A stretch of 62,036 bases of DNA, filler included, from Vannella sp. (Eukaryota): NCBI GenBank assembly GCA_023345925.1. It is 7 parts of 7 records of this genome, joined end to end, with 100 filler letters (N's around TTAATTAATTAA, not from the genome) between each part and the next. Parts side by side here need not be neighbours in the genome. Positions count along the whole stretch, not along the records: positions 4,520 to 12,386 come from JAJQQN010000119.1; positions 12,487 to 24,295 come from JAJQQN010000602.1; 5 more parts are not named here. The stretch is one strand, 5' to 3'. Numbering within the stretch: the stretch's first letter is position 1; every line of letters begins with the position of its first letter. The translations under genes were made by a program, and so were the position numbers. The notes beneath the pieces are model-generated. The model searched no databases. It had not been told where the DNA came from and worked only from the letters and a program-made list of their open reading frames with translations. Below are positions 10,793 through 22,151 of the stretch, piece by piece.

Positions 10793-11881
10793 ATGTTCCT
10801 GTCCCCGTGTGGCAGGCACTCGCTGGTTTTGGACCAAAAGGGCGTTCTTTGGGCCTTTGGGAAGAACGACAAGGGCCAATTAGGTGTACGGAACACGGTG
10901 GATCAACAGGTACCTACTAGAGTGCCTTGGACGGGTCCCCGGATCGTGCAGGTGGCTCTTGGCTTCTGCCACACTCTTCTCCTTGATCTGGAGGGAGATG
11001 TGTGGGCTGCTGGCGACTATCTACCATCGTGTCTTCAAGTTCAGACCTTTACACGTATCACAGGACTCTCCTCCATCCGGCAAATAGCTGCAGGATACTA
11101 CTTTTCCACCGTTCTTGACGAGAACGGCACCGTTTGGTCTTTTGCAGCGCGACTCCAGGGCACTTCGTCAGGCCAGTTAGGTCTAGGGCCTTTAGAGTCT
11201 CCACCAGTCACTCCCAAGAGGATCGAAGGCTTACCACCAATCCAAAGGGTCCGTTGTGGGGAGAACTTTGCCCTTGCCGAGGCCCGAAGCGGTGGATTGT
11301 GGGCTTGGGGAGACAACTATCACGGACAACTGGGTCTTGCTTCTGACCGTGCCAATCGCCTGCTCCCAGCACCCTTGGAGGATCTCACAATGTGCCTTCC
11401 AGCCGGCCCTTTGCGCTCGATTGGAGCTGGAGCGGACTATGTGATACTGGTGGATAGCTTAGGAGGTGCTTGGGCATGTGGAGGGAACGAATATGGACAG
11501 CTAGGACGCATGGGAGGACCCAGCGGAGGAGTTTTTGAGCGAATGAAGGGACTGCCGCCCGTCAGTAAGATCGCTACTGGATATTGGTTTGCCCTTGCCC
11601 AAGACAAGAACGGGCAAGTTTGGGGATGGGGCAGAGGCAGTGAGGGACAGCTTGGATTGGATCCTGCCTTGGAGAAGACGCCAATCACTCTAACTGGTGA
11701 ACATATGACTGGAACACTCGCCATTGCCGCGGGACTCCATCACAGCATGACGATATCCCACCGAGGAGAGCTTCACGTCTTTGGATTCAATGGGAACGGA
11801 GAATTGGGACTCCAAGACACCGCCACCCGCTTCCACCCCATTCGGCATTCCATTCCCGTAGAGACCTCCATTCCCCAATAA
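10793..11881 (+). CDS. Intronless RCC1 repeat beta-propeller protein
   Basis: Repeats FGKNDKGQLG, WGDNYHGQLG, CGGNEYGQLG, WGRGSEGQLG, FGFNGNGELG. Paralog-like to 1983-3075 (shared VPWxGP and C-G-x-H pattern). Confidence 0.9.
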   Translation: MFLSPCGRHSLVLDQKGVLWAFGKNDKGQLGVRNTVDQQVPTRVPWTGPRIVQVALGFCHTLLLDLEGDVWAAGDYLPSCLQVQTFTRITGLSSIRQIAAGYYFSTVLDENGTVWSFAARLQGTSSGQLGLGPLESPPVTPKRIEGLPPIQRVRCGENFALAEARSGGLWAWGDNYHGQLGLASDRANRLLPAPLEDLTMCLPAGPLRSIGAGADYVILVDSLGGAWACGGNEYGQLGRMGGPSGGVFERMKGLPPVSKIATGYWFALAQDKNGQVWGWGRGSEGQLGLDPALEKTPITLTGEHMTGTLAIAAGLHHSMTISHRGELHVFGFNGNGELGLQDTATRFHPIRHSIPVETSIPQ

Positions 11882-12062
11882 ACGCTTAGCAGGCATCTTC
11901 TCTTTGGCCACGAAGAGCCTTGGCATGTTTCAGACTTCTGTCAATGCCACAGCTCCCCAAGATCTCAGAGAAGGAAAGAGGTACCCCACTTGGATGTTCT
12001 CTCCTCATGTCAAGGATCTTCTGAGATGCTCGGAAAGTGTTCTTTATTGAAGTTCTATGGCC

Positions 12063-12126
12063 CTCGTTCATATGAGACAATCAACGCTCTTGTTCACATG
12101 AGACAATCAACGCTCTCGTTCACATG
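12063..12126. repeat. 26-bp tandem repeat, about 2.5 copies (GTTCACATGAGACAATCAACGCTCTY)
   Basis: GTTCA recurs at 12066, 12092 and 12118. Confidence 0.85.
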
Positions 12127-12146
12127 GAGCCAACGCATTTTAACAC

Positions 12147-12386
12147 TCATTTACCTTGGGCATGGATGATTTGAGAGTTTTCTAAGGAAGCCAACCATTC
12201 GGAGAGGAGATCTTCCGGATCACTTTGAAGCGGTCCGTTATTGGGAGAGAGGACCGACCTTTCTTGTTGGTTCGAGGAAGTTGTCGGATTGGCCGTTGAC
12301 GGGAATGTCTGGTTAGACTGAAAGTCTGTCATGCGGAACATGGAAGGGGAGATGGTGGACGAGAAGGATTGGGCCCAATCTTGAGG
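12147..12386 (-). CDS. C-terminal fragment of a hypothetical gene cut by the contig end
   Basis: Open frame with low-complexity Ser/Thr/Pro/Gln composition ending EDLLSEWLASLENSQIIHAQGK*. Confidence 0.35.
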   Translation of the reverse strand, partial: PQDWAQSFSSTISPSMFRMTDFQSNQTFPSTANPTTSSNQQERSVLSPNNGPLQSDPEDLLSEWLASLENSQIIHAQGK

Positions 12387-12486
12387 NNNNNNNNNNNNNN
12401 NNNNNNNNNNNNNNNNNNNNNNNNNNNNNNTTAATTAATTAANNNNNNNNNNNNNNNNNNNNNNNNNNNNNNNNNNNNNNNNNNNN
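12387..12486. other. Artificial contig linker
   Basis: N44-TTAATTAATTAA-N44. Confidence 0.98.
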
Positions 12487-13104
12487 GGTGCTCAAAGAGA
12501 ACGACAGGCAACTCTTCCCCACCCCCTCGCCTCCAAAAACCCCGCACGTGACCTCCGGCATGAGAGGACCAAAGAATCGTCGGTAAATCGTATTTGGTTT
12601 AAAGAAGCGAATGTATATCAGGGGTGGTTGTGGCTAGGTGATAAGAAGCCGATAGCAATCTTATTGCTCCCGCGAGATTTTTTCTTATTTTTTTTATTTT
12701 CTGGAGGGAATGGTCTGGGAAAAAATCTGCTTGTTTGGGTCTGTCAAAGAGCAAGAGTTCATCGACTCCAGAAAGGTACCATGTCTTTCGCAAGTGCCCA
12801 CCACAAATGGACCCAAATGATTTCATAAACCTCCTTCTCCGTCTCGTTCCTCCCGATCATCACTTTCAACACCTTCCCAGTGAGCACGGTTCCTTGGTAT
12901 TCATCTGATTGTGATTTTATTATTTATTGGCAAGGAGAGAAGCTCAGATCGATCAGGAATCCGTCTGGAAAGCTGGGAGACGCTCGTGAACAAGGCTCAG
13001 TCGCTCCACACTCCCCCTGTCATCACAGACTGTTAAAAGGAGTGGGTTTTGTCCTTGGTATACTCAAGCAAGGCGCGAAAGGGTGTCTTCTACGAAGACC
13101 CGAG

Positions 13105-13149
13105 GTCCCCCTTATGGCTAGTTATGGCATAACTTCTAGCCATAAGGAC
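13105..13149. repeat. Near-perfect inverted repeat / hairpin
   Basis: CCTTATGGCTAG-TTATG-G-CATAA-CTT-CTAGCCATAAGG. The arm TAGCCATAAGG recurs at 13181-13191. Confidence 0.75.
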
Positions 13150-13297
13150 TTAATAATTTAGCCAATTCGCCTAATCTCCGTAGCCATAAGGTTAATATTA
13201 TTAAGCCTTATTACTAGCTATAACCACCCCTGGCCTAAATGAAGAGGATGACCGATTTATTGTTGTTCAGGAAGTTCCCGATCCTCTTGAGTGCGAC

Positions 13298-14227
13298 ATG
13301 ACGCGGTCTCGCTTCCTCAGTGTTGGGCATTCTACAGCTCCCTCAATGGCAGGCTCGGAGCGGATATCTTCATCTCAGTGGGAGCCTATCCCAGTCATCA
13401 TTCCCGTTCGTCATGAGAATTCAGGTTCGGAGGATCCAAACAAGCGGGTCAAGTCCACACCTCCCAAGTCTCCTCAGGCCAAGTCTTCCACGAAAGAGTT
13501 GAAGACAGGGTTCCCAGCGACAAGAGCGACAAGAGCTCTCTCTGGTGGGAGTAACCAGGGAGCGGATACCATCTCTGAGGGAGGCTGGAACCCCGAGAGG
13601 ATCACGACTCCCCAGTGGGATCCAATCCCACTCCACATCCCCTTGCAACGTAGCAAGAGTAAACGATGGCTCTTCTCGACCCCCCAGAAGTCTCCCACAC
13701 CCCCAAGGTCCCCCACATCTCACAACTCATCCACACTTCCTTCAGAGGAACCAGCAACACAAGTAACACTACGAGGCAGGCTACAAAAGAACTCGAACTC
13801 CCGACCCTCCTCCATCAAAGACCTCCGCCTGTACCGCGCCCTCATGGAACGGAAGAAGGAGAATCCCCTCTCTTCAGGAGTGGTATGCTCCATGTCTGAC
13901 CCAAACGTTGCCAATCGGAAGCGTTGCACAAGTACGACCAGCCATCCCAAACGAAGGTCAAGGTGAGGAGACTTTCCCGTTCTGTTCGGCAAGGGCGCTC
14001 ACTCACGTCTTGCTGGCAGAACGTCACATTCAGATGGAGCTCTCAGAGAGGAAATAGCGCAAACGAAGGCAAGGCTCGAGCGTCAGCAGAAGAAGACCTC
14101 AGAGAAGTTCCCGGATCCGCTGAAAGACCTGACGTGGGTGGAGATAGTCCAGCTTCATATCGGTCTTCGCCTCCGCCTTCAAAGACTTGAGGAGAGAATG
14201 CTCCTCACCTCCAACAAACGAACTTGA
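13298..14227 (+). CDS. Orphan protein, paralog A (disordered basic region + C-terminal coiled coil); 1 intron
   Basis: Shares the MTRSR start, SSIKDLRLYR and the last exon EEIAQTKARLERQQKKTSEK..PLKDLTW..HIGLRLRL with the next gene. Confidence 0.75.
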
Positions 14228-14510
14228 AATGCTCATTTGATCAACATCAGACGAACGTTGGGCCTGTGAAGGAACACAAGAGAGCCCAACCGTCTTTTTC
14301 GTCTTATTCGGTGGAAGAACTCTCCTTTCAACCCTTTGTTTCTGGGAGTAAAGAACAATCCAACTGAGCCGCCCAGAGCGGGCCGGATCGCAGTTTTACT
14401 TGCAAATTATTCGAAAAGTCCCGTCTTGTGCTTCGCTCCATGTTGGGACGTAGCGCGGGACCCAAAAGAGAAAGCTCCACACCAAACTATTTTGGGGAGC
14501 GCGGAACTCA

Positions 14511-15229
14511 ATGACACGGTCCCGTTGCATGAGCGTGGATCATCGTGGTGCGGGCGCGGACTTCATCTCTAACACTGACTGGAGGAAAGAAAGAGTTTCT
14601 ACAGCTCTGCGGGAGCCCATTCCTCCTGTTCACTCTGCGACTGTCAGCCAGAGAGGAGATGCATCGAAACGCCTTGTCCCACTTGGGACTCCAAAGGCAA
14701 ACCCATCAGTGACGCCAGCAGCGATCAAGGAGGAACCACCAGTCGAAGTCCTGCTTCGGAAGGGTGTGCGGCTCCCTGAGAAGAAGTCACGCCACTCTTC
14801 AATCAAAGACTTTCGTTTGTACCGTTCCATTGTAGATCGGAGGAAGGTGGAACACCGCAGGTCCATGGGTGGTGCAACACTCACCTTGTCTGACACCCAT
14901 GTGGTCTCTGAACGCCGGATAGGGTATGACAAGAGCAGGCATAAAGCAACCATGAAGAAGCGCACGTCAAAGTGAGTACATCGCTCTCCTCCTTCCCTTT
15001 GCTCACTCAGGTGGGTGTCAGGTTGCCGACACAACCAGATGCAGGGGCATGCAGAGAGGACATAGTGCGCACAAAGGCGAGGATTGAACGACAACGGCGT
15101 AAGACCTCAGAGAAGATAGGCCCACTAAAAGATCTGCCATGGGAGGATCTGGTCCACCTTCACATCAGCCTCCGGTTACGTCTCAAAAGCCTGGAAGAGG
15201 TTTTACTCTCTTCAAACAAACCTAAATGA
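14511..15229 (+). CDS. Orphan protein, paralog B; 1 intron
   Basis: MTRSR start, SSIKDFRLYR, last exon EDIVRTKARIERQRRKTSEKIGPLKDLPW..HISLRLRL. Phase-2 intron at the same position as in paralog A. Confidence 0.75.
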
Positions 15230-15551
15230 ACTCTACTCATCGACACCAAACCACTCCAAAGAACAAGGAACCGTCATTTGGTCTTCCCAAACCCTTACCC
15301 CGCAATTGGCACCTTTTCAATTAAATTATTAATTATTATAATTACGATTCTATTCGTGCAGTTCAGAGTGGACCTCTTTTGTGGATAAACTCGGCACTTA
15401 GCTGAAAGACGGAGACTCTCGTGGCTCGTGGGTTTGGGTCTCACTTTTTCAGTGATGAGCAAGAAGGTATGTTCATCTCTCATTCAGCTTCGCTTTTCCT
15501 GACTCGCAGAAAGGAGGGAAAGAAGGAGGTGGGTACTGATGGGGTGGGGAA

Positions 15552-17060
15552 ATGGGCTCGCTCTTGTTGCTGACACCAGACAAGGAGGTAAAGAAGGAAA
15601 TCATTGAACCCAAGGCGGAGTTGGTGGGTACCAAGAGGAGTAGGTTCGCTCTGCGTACTAAATCCCGAGAAGGAGAACACTCCCCTGCAGAAGGCTTGCG
15701 AGAAGGGTGATTTGGAGGATGCCATCAAGCTGATTCAAAAGAAACGCACGGAAGTGGATGTCCGTATCTCCTACGGTGTCAAGCGACGCGTCCTCCATTG
15801 GGCTTGTGATGAGGGACATGTCGGAGTCGTGAAAGCTCTCATGGCCCGTGAGGATGTCAACATCAACCAGCAGGTGAGCTCTCTCCTCCTCTCTTTGTCC
15901 ACTCTCTCACACCTTTGAAGAACGGACAGGGTGTAAGTTCGTTCTCCCTTCGCCGCCCTTCTCTAAAGAGCAACAGAACACGCCCCTCCAGGTCGCCATC
16001 ATCAAAGGGAACCAACCTCTCTTCGACCTCCTTATCGCTAACCCTACCGTCAACGTCAACCTCGCCGCAGAGTACACCCGCGCAAGAGTAGGACTCTTCC
16101 CTTGTGCCATGAAGGCTTGTGGGAGCTCACAAAGGCGAAAGGCGGGTTGGGACATCAACTTTATCCCTCCTCTGGGCTTAGCTGCACATTACAAGCGTCT
16201 CTCTATGATGCAAGCGTTGATAGAAGCGCGCAAAGACTTGGACATCAACAGCAAGGTCAGTTCGGCCTCCAAACGAGTGATTGTCGCATCTCTGACTCGC
16301 TGTGTAGTACACCGTGAACGCCGTCGGTAGCGAAACACCTGTAAGTGTGAAACATAGTTGTCACGCTGCTCTAATCACTTGAGCAGTATTTCCCTCTCTA
16401 CCAAGCTACCAAAGCTGGTTTCGTCGAAGGGGTGGAGCTTCTGTTGGCTCAAGAGACGATTGACGTCAACCACGAGGTAAAGAAAGCAACAAGTTGACTC
16501 ACTTCACATGATTCACTGTGGAACAGGAACTGGGAGTGAGCATACAGACCAAAGGGGAGGGGAGTCCACTTTCTGACACACGAGCAGCGGAAGCTGGTCC
16601 AAGAAGCATTCACGAGAAACGAACCACCTATCATTCGACTCCTTCTCTCTCGTCCTGACATCGATCCCAACCCTGTCCCCCACACACGAGATGAAGTGAG
16701 TTCACCGTCCCGAAAGAGCAAACTAACGCCAGAAGGAACATGCGCTGTCTCATGCATACCACTGTGGCCTTCTTGACGAAGTCAGCATGCTGCTGGCCCA
16801 CGAACGTTTGGTTCCACTAGATCTGGAAAAGGTGGTACGTAGAAGGTCCCCTTGACCCGCCCTCCCCTCACCCCTTCCTACAGAAGAAGCTAGTTGCAGA
16901 GCCCATCCGAGGTGATGCCGCTGGCCTCGAGTCAGAGGTCCGCTTCCACTTTCTGGGAATTCTGTGCAACCAATTGAATCTCCCCGCTTCCGATCTCCTT
17001 CCAGAGACCGATCCGATCCTCCCTCAGCTTCTCAACAGGAAGAAGTCCGCTTACAAATAA
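15552..17060 (+). CDS. Multi-exon ankyrin-repeat protein, cluster copy 1
   Basis: TPLQKACEKGDLE, VLHWACDEGHVGVVKAL, TPLQVAIIKGN, PLYQATKAGFVEGVELL. Ends NRKKSAYK*. The start and some exon boundaries are tentative. Confidence 0.82.
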
Positions 17061-17137
17061 GCCTCTCGCACGGTGGCACCTCCAATGTACGACATGGCCT
17101 TGTTTCTGCCATTTTTGGGCGGGACGGGGAAGGCGAC

Positions 17138-20100
17138 ATGCCCTTGTGCTGGCCCGTTGCGTGTTTGGAGGACCGGGAGTGGAGGGAAGAGCGTCAATCA
17201 GACTTTCTAGTGTTGCAAGTGCGAGGAGAGGAGCGGCGCGTGCTGCTTTTGCACAATCACTTTGTTGTGGCCACAGCAATTGGGACGGAGGAGGCAGAGG
17301 AGCTTTGGAGCGCGTGTACGCACGTCACAGAGGTGGTGAGTAACCTCTGCTTTGTTCATCGTTCTCTCATACTTGTAGGCCAAATCAGGGGGTCGTCTGG
17401 TAGCTGCATTTGAGTCGTTGTGGGAAGAACAACGCGATGCGGATGATTCCGACGATGATCTCCCTCAGGACTGTGAGGAGGCCTCTCCTCCATCTTCTCC
17501 TGAAAGAGCAGGTTGGAAGACGGCAGAGGTTCCCTTGAAAGCCTCGGAAGAAGAGTGCACACAACCTCACAAGCCGAGAATAAGCACTTCCCGAGCTTCC
17601 TCTCCCTTACCAGGGCCTCCAGCCTCTATCATCTCACTCCCTTCTGAGCCAGTCGAGCTCTCTAGTGAGGAGCAAGAGCTGCTCTCTCAATTGCTTCTCT
17701 TACTTCGAGAGGAACGCCAGAGAGTGTCTCAACGCCTTCACGTGTTGGGAGGCCCTTCGAAAGGGCCCAGTCATCGGTTACTAGCAGGGCGGTCTTATCT
17801 AGCACGAGCAATCGAGGATTCCCCATTCGAGGGAGCAAGTTTTGCCCCCTTCCATGAGGGCGACTTGGTTGTCGTGGTTGACCACTCGCAGGCCGACCTC
17901 TTCTACGTCCAGACCTCCTCTTTCTTTGGTGTAGCTGCGCGTGTTTCTTTCAAGCTACTCAAATCACTGTCAAACGAGCAAGTCACTAAGAGAGTTCGGA
18001 ATGAGGATGTTTCTCCGCCTGGAGGACTACTTCCACAGACTTCTGGTGTAAAATGGAGTCAAAGTGAGGGTCACATGAAAGGGTGGCTCTTTAAGCAAGG
18101 CTATTGGGTCAATCGAGAGTGGAAACGGCGTTGGTTCTCTCTTGACCTCTCTATTGGGCGACTGTACTACTCAGTATCACCCGAAGATGAAGCCAAAGGC
18201 AATTACCGAGGTTTCATTCAACTCAGAGAAGTGACCACAGTTCACGAGAGTTTCACAGCTGCCATGAATCGTCACTTGCAGCGAGGGACTTGGCCGTTAG
18301 AGATTCACACCCCACAGCGCGTTTGGATTGTAAGCGCAGAGTCTAAAGAAGAAATGGAGGCTTGGATCCATCACATCAATCAGATTGCCCTTCTAATGGA
18401 CCACCGAAGTGGAGCACGTACTTCCTTCCATCTGGAGCACCGGTCAAAGGTACTCGTAGGTGATATATCCGTATCCACAGGAACTTTCACTCCAGGTCGA
18501 TCCAAACAAGTCACTCATACGATGCACCTTTCCACAAACAAGTCAGAAGCTGAGGAGCTGCGGAAAATCTCCTCTCATGCCACACAAAAGGATCCAAAGC
18601 AACTCAAAGAGTTCCCTTTGGATGATTTTTCAGCTTTTGGAGCGCCAGATGGGGAGGAAATCACGAACAAACAAACCATCTTTGCAGAGATTGACCGTTG
18701 GTTGGGGCATCGCAATCCTCCCGATGTGGAGTATATTTACGTGGAGCCTTATCTTAATTATGCATCTGGCAGCGTCATGCTCACTGCCAACCCATATGGA
18801 CACTCGGTAGTCCGCTACACCTTACCAGATACCAAAGAGCAGCTTCTGATGAACATTGTTGGACTAGCTGAGCATGAATTGGTCAATTTCCTCTCCCCAG
18901 AGGACTTTTTCTTCTCGACAAACTTCGACACGAAGATTGGAAATGAACAAGGAGGCATTTACAACCGTAACTTTGCGAGCGTGAGAGTGCAAAGAGTCCC
19001 TCCAGAAAAGATTCTAGCTATGCACCAATACTTCCTCGACCTTCACGCGCGCTCAAAAGGGAGCTGGGCAGACTATAACATTCTTTTGGGACCTATTCTG
19101 AACCGTATCAGCAGCACTCATTATGGTAATTGCGCTCACTGGTCATCTCAAGGACTCTTACAAGCAGGGGTCATGAAAAAGACATCCATGTACCCTAAAT
19201 CTATCTGGATTGAGATGTTTGAAGATCTTCTGCAAGATTCTCAACAGGAGAGGATTTCAAATAACGTTTCCGTTGTATATTACAAGCGGGCTCTACACGC
19301 CAAGCGCTTTTATGGAGAAGATGCCGACTGGACGGGATGGGGACGTGTCACAGATTACTTTAAGAGGGGTTATGATAACCTGGAAATCTTTGCCGACGCT
19401 ATTGTTCACGTTCCGGCGGGCACGAAGACTGCAGTGATTACTTCTGGACCAAAGAGCACTTTAGCTTTAAGAGAGAACCGAATCCGTCTGAAAAAGCAAC
19501 AGGGGCAGTCCATTGTTGATGTGCGATTTGATATTCATGTGGATCCTCGAACACTTTACAATGAGATCTTTTACAAACGTTTCAACATTACCACGTTTGA
19601 AGAGACTCCGATTAACAATCAACTGTTCACTCTCACGGAGAGACCGTACAAGTTGTTGGGGTGTGGATATCCAATCCAAAATAATTGTTGGCGTGTGGAC
19701 CATTCCGACCAACTATTTAAGACCTCAATGGATGAAGATGTGCTCACCTGGATTCCTATAGCGCCTCCAAATCCTGAGAGTGAGCTAATTGATGGTGCAG
19801 AATGTGTGTACTCAATCTTGGCTCCCGGAGAGGATGGCAGCTGTTGGATAGTGCGAGGGAAACGTCTTTACTTTCGCTCCTGTGACTCACTTGATTGGAC
19901 TTTCATTCCCTTACCTGCAACACTGGGCTCTATTCGACATGTTTCTACTGCCTCAGCAGAAGAGGGTGCGTTTATCTTAGATTATGAAAGTGTGCTCTTC
20001 TCTTGGAAGATGGGCAGCTCCTTCGATTCTCCTGATAACTGGAAACTCCTTTCTGAGACACCAAAGCAGTTGCGCTTTGTTTCTGCTGGAATGGGTCAAG

Positions 20101-21214
20101 AGCTCTGGGGACTGACAGAAGAGAATAGTGTTTTTCGTAGGGTCTGCTCTGAGCGCTTCCCTGATGGCAGATGGATCCAATTACATGGTGCCCTGCTCAA
20201 GTCATTATCTGTAGCATCTCCAGAAGAGGTGTGGGGAGTTGATACGCAAGGGCGAGCCTATGTTTGGAATCGGAATGAAGCCCACCAAGAGCTCTCAGAG
20301 GATGTTGAGCTCCAATCCAGTCAAGAAGCGACTCAGATGAGCTGGCAGAGTCTTGGTAATGTGCTGCCTCTTGATACGATTCATGTTAATAGCCACAAAA
20401 TTCCCTGGGGAATGAGTGAGAAGGACCACGGATTCATTTACAAGATAAGCTGTCGCCGCCTCTTGGTCGTCAGCGTTAAGTCTGCCAGAAAGATCTGGGA
20501 CGACCGAGGAACCAAATGTGGACCATATCGCGTTGGGTGAGTTAGGATGGCCTTTATTGGGATGTCTCTGTGCTCACAAAGATTTCAGGTTCTGGCGTCC
20601 CATCACACCGAGGAAATTCTACTCACTTGGGGATGTGGCGGAGAGGAGCCATTTGCAGAATCTTTCCAACGAAGCCATTGTAGTTTGTGAAGTTGGGCGA
20701 CGGCCAGGTGAGGAGCCTATTCTCATTGGTCCACGGTCATTCGACCTCGTTTGGGAGTATGAATCTTCAGAACAGCAATTTGGTGCGTTTGACATCGTCC
20801 AATATCGCTTTAGCTCTCCTGAAACTGATTCTCTTGACAGAAAACTGTTATATCTGGCGTCCTATTGCCCCGGAAGGATACGTCGCGTTGGGAGATGTGG
20901 TAACAACCAAGAAGGAACCACCAGAGAGAAACACTATTCGTTGCGTTAATCGCAGGTTCCTGCACCCTTCAAAACACTGTAGCATGTCCAAAGAACGAAA
21001 ATTTCTGTGGAGCAACGAAGGCTCTTCGAAGATTCGCTCGTCTTCAGCAGTGTCCATTTGGCTCACAAAACCTCGGCTGGACTCGCTCTGGTGCAATGTC
21101 TTTCGGTGCATCCCTGGCTACCACCCTCCGGACTCGGGAATGTTCTGCCTCAAGTTGGCTGTTGCCGGAACCCAAGGCAAGCTCTTGGAGAAGAAACCTC
21201 GTCCGGTTAATTAG
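17138..21214 (+). CDS. Large multidomain protein: SH3-like, PH, putative permuted papain-like peptidase, tectonin beta-propeller repeats, Vps62/DUF946; 3 introns
   Basis: PH MKGWLFKQG..WKRRWFSL..EMEAWIHHI; NPYGHS...GNCAHW; tectonin-like LRFVSAG..LWGL and LKSLSVAS..VWGVD; Vps62-like KIWDDRG, FWRP..LGDV, IWRPIAPEGYVALGDVV. GT-AG introns join the frames. Confidence 0.82.
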
Positions 21215-21360
21215 ATCAGGATGTCACATGAGGACTGCATATCCTCCTCAGACCATCCCTAATTGCGTGAATGTATTAAGGCTCCGAAAATCATTGGGGA
21301 GTGAAAAAGTGCCATTTCGGTGAAGCTGAGACAGTCTTCGGGACTTTGGAACATTTCTTT

Positions 21361-21850
21361 ATGGGACGATGAGAAAGGTGCACGCCATCTTTTCAGATCA
21401 ATCGAAGCACAGTCGTTAAGGGGCCAGAATGGTGGTGAGTGAGAGGATTCTTGTTCGTGGAAGACTGGGACTGAGGGATATACATACATCTCCACTCCTT
21501 CCGGCACCCCTTTGCAGCTACATTGAAGCTGGTGACTTCAAAAACGCGGTCAAACTCATCAAGGATCCGAATACAAATGTGGATGTGGGCATCTCTAATG
21601 GAGAATCTGCTCCCCTCGCATCGTTTGGGTGAGCGAAATGGGACATGCAGAGGTGCTCGAAGCTCTTATGGCTCGCAAGGACGCCAGAATCTGCAAAGGG
21701 GTGACAGTCCTTTGGACAAGCATCGACAAAGATTGAGTGATGCCTGGTTGGTGAGGTCCAGTGTTTGACCCCGCCTTTTGGTGAAAAGAACGAGCAGAGA
21801 GCTTTGAATACAGCATTCAAATTGGACTTTTTGGAAGGAGTGGAATAAGG
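21361..21850 (+). pseudogene. Degenerate ankyrin cluster copy 2
   Basis: Homologous to 22152-23497 (PLCSYIEAGDFKNAVKLIKDPNTNVDV), with a frameshift before PRIVW..GHAEVLEAL, missing internal exons and a premature stop after DFLEGVE. Confidence 0.75.
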
Positions 21851-22151
21851 CTGAGTCCAATCAGGGTCATCCTTCTGTGTTTGGCTTATCTAAAGTGTTC
21901 ATCTCATACTAGGACTTCGTCGCAACTCTCGAAACGTACGATGATCAAGTTTGGGCAGAGCCCTTTCGCTTTTTTCAGAAAGCGAATAAAAAAAAAAAAC
22001 ACCCCCGTCCACGAGTGACATGTTTGTAATCAGCTTCTGAGCCTTTCATTAGATTTTTTAACACTCCTCACGGCCCTGGAACAAAATATCTCACATTCCA
22101 TGTCCAAAAGCGAAAAAAGTCGTTCAAAGTCGGGCAGCTTTTGTGGGGATC

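Noticed and set aside
10268..11881. 537-aa ORF as a single protein or a Siz-RCC1 fusion
   Set aside because: The 5' part is an alternative frame over the Siz last exon, which stops at 10746. The RCC1 gene has its own ATG at 10793.
12063..12126. CRISPR-like array
   Set aside because: The units are contiguous with no unique spacers, there are no cas genes, and the context is eukaryotic.
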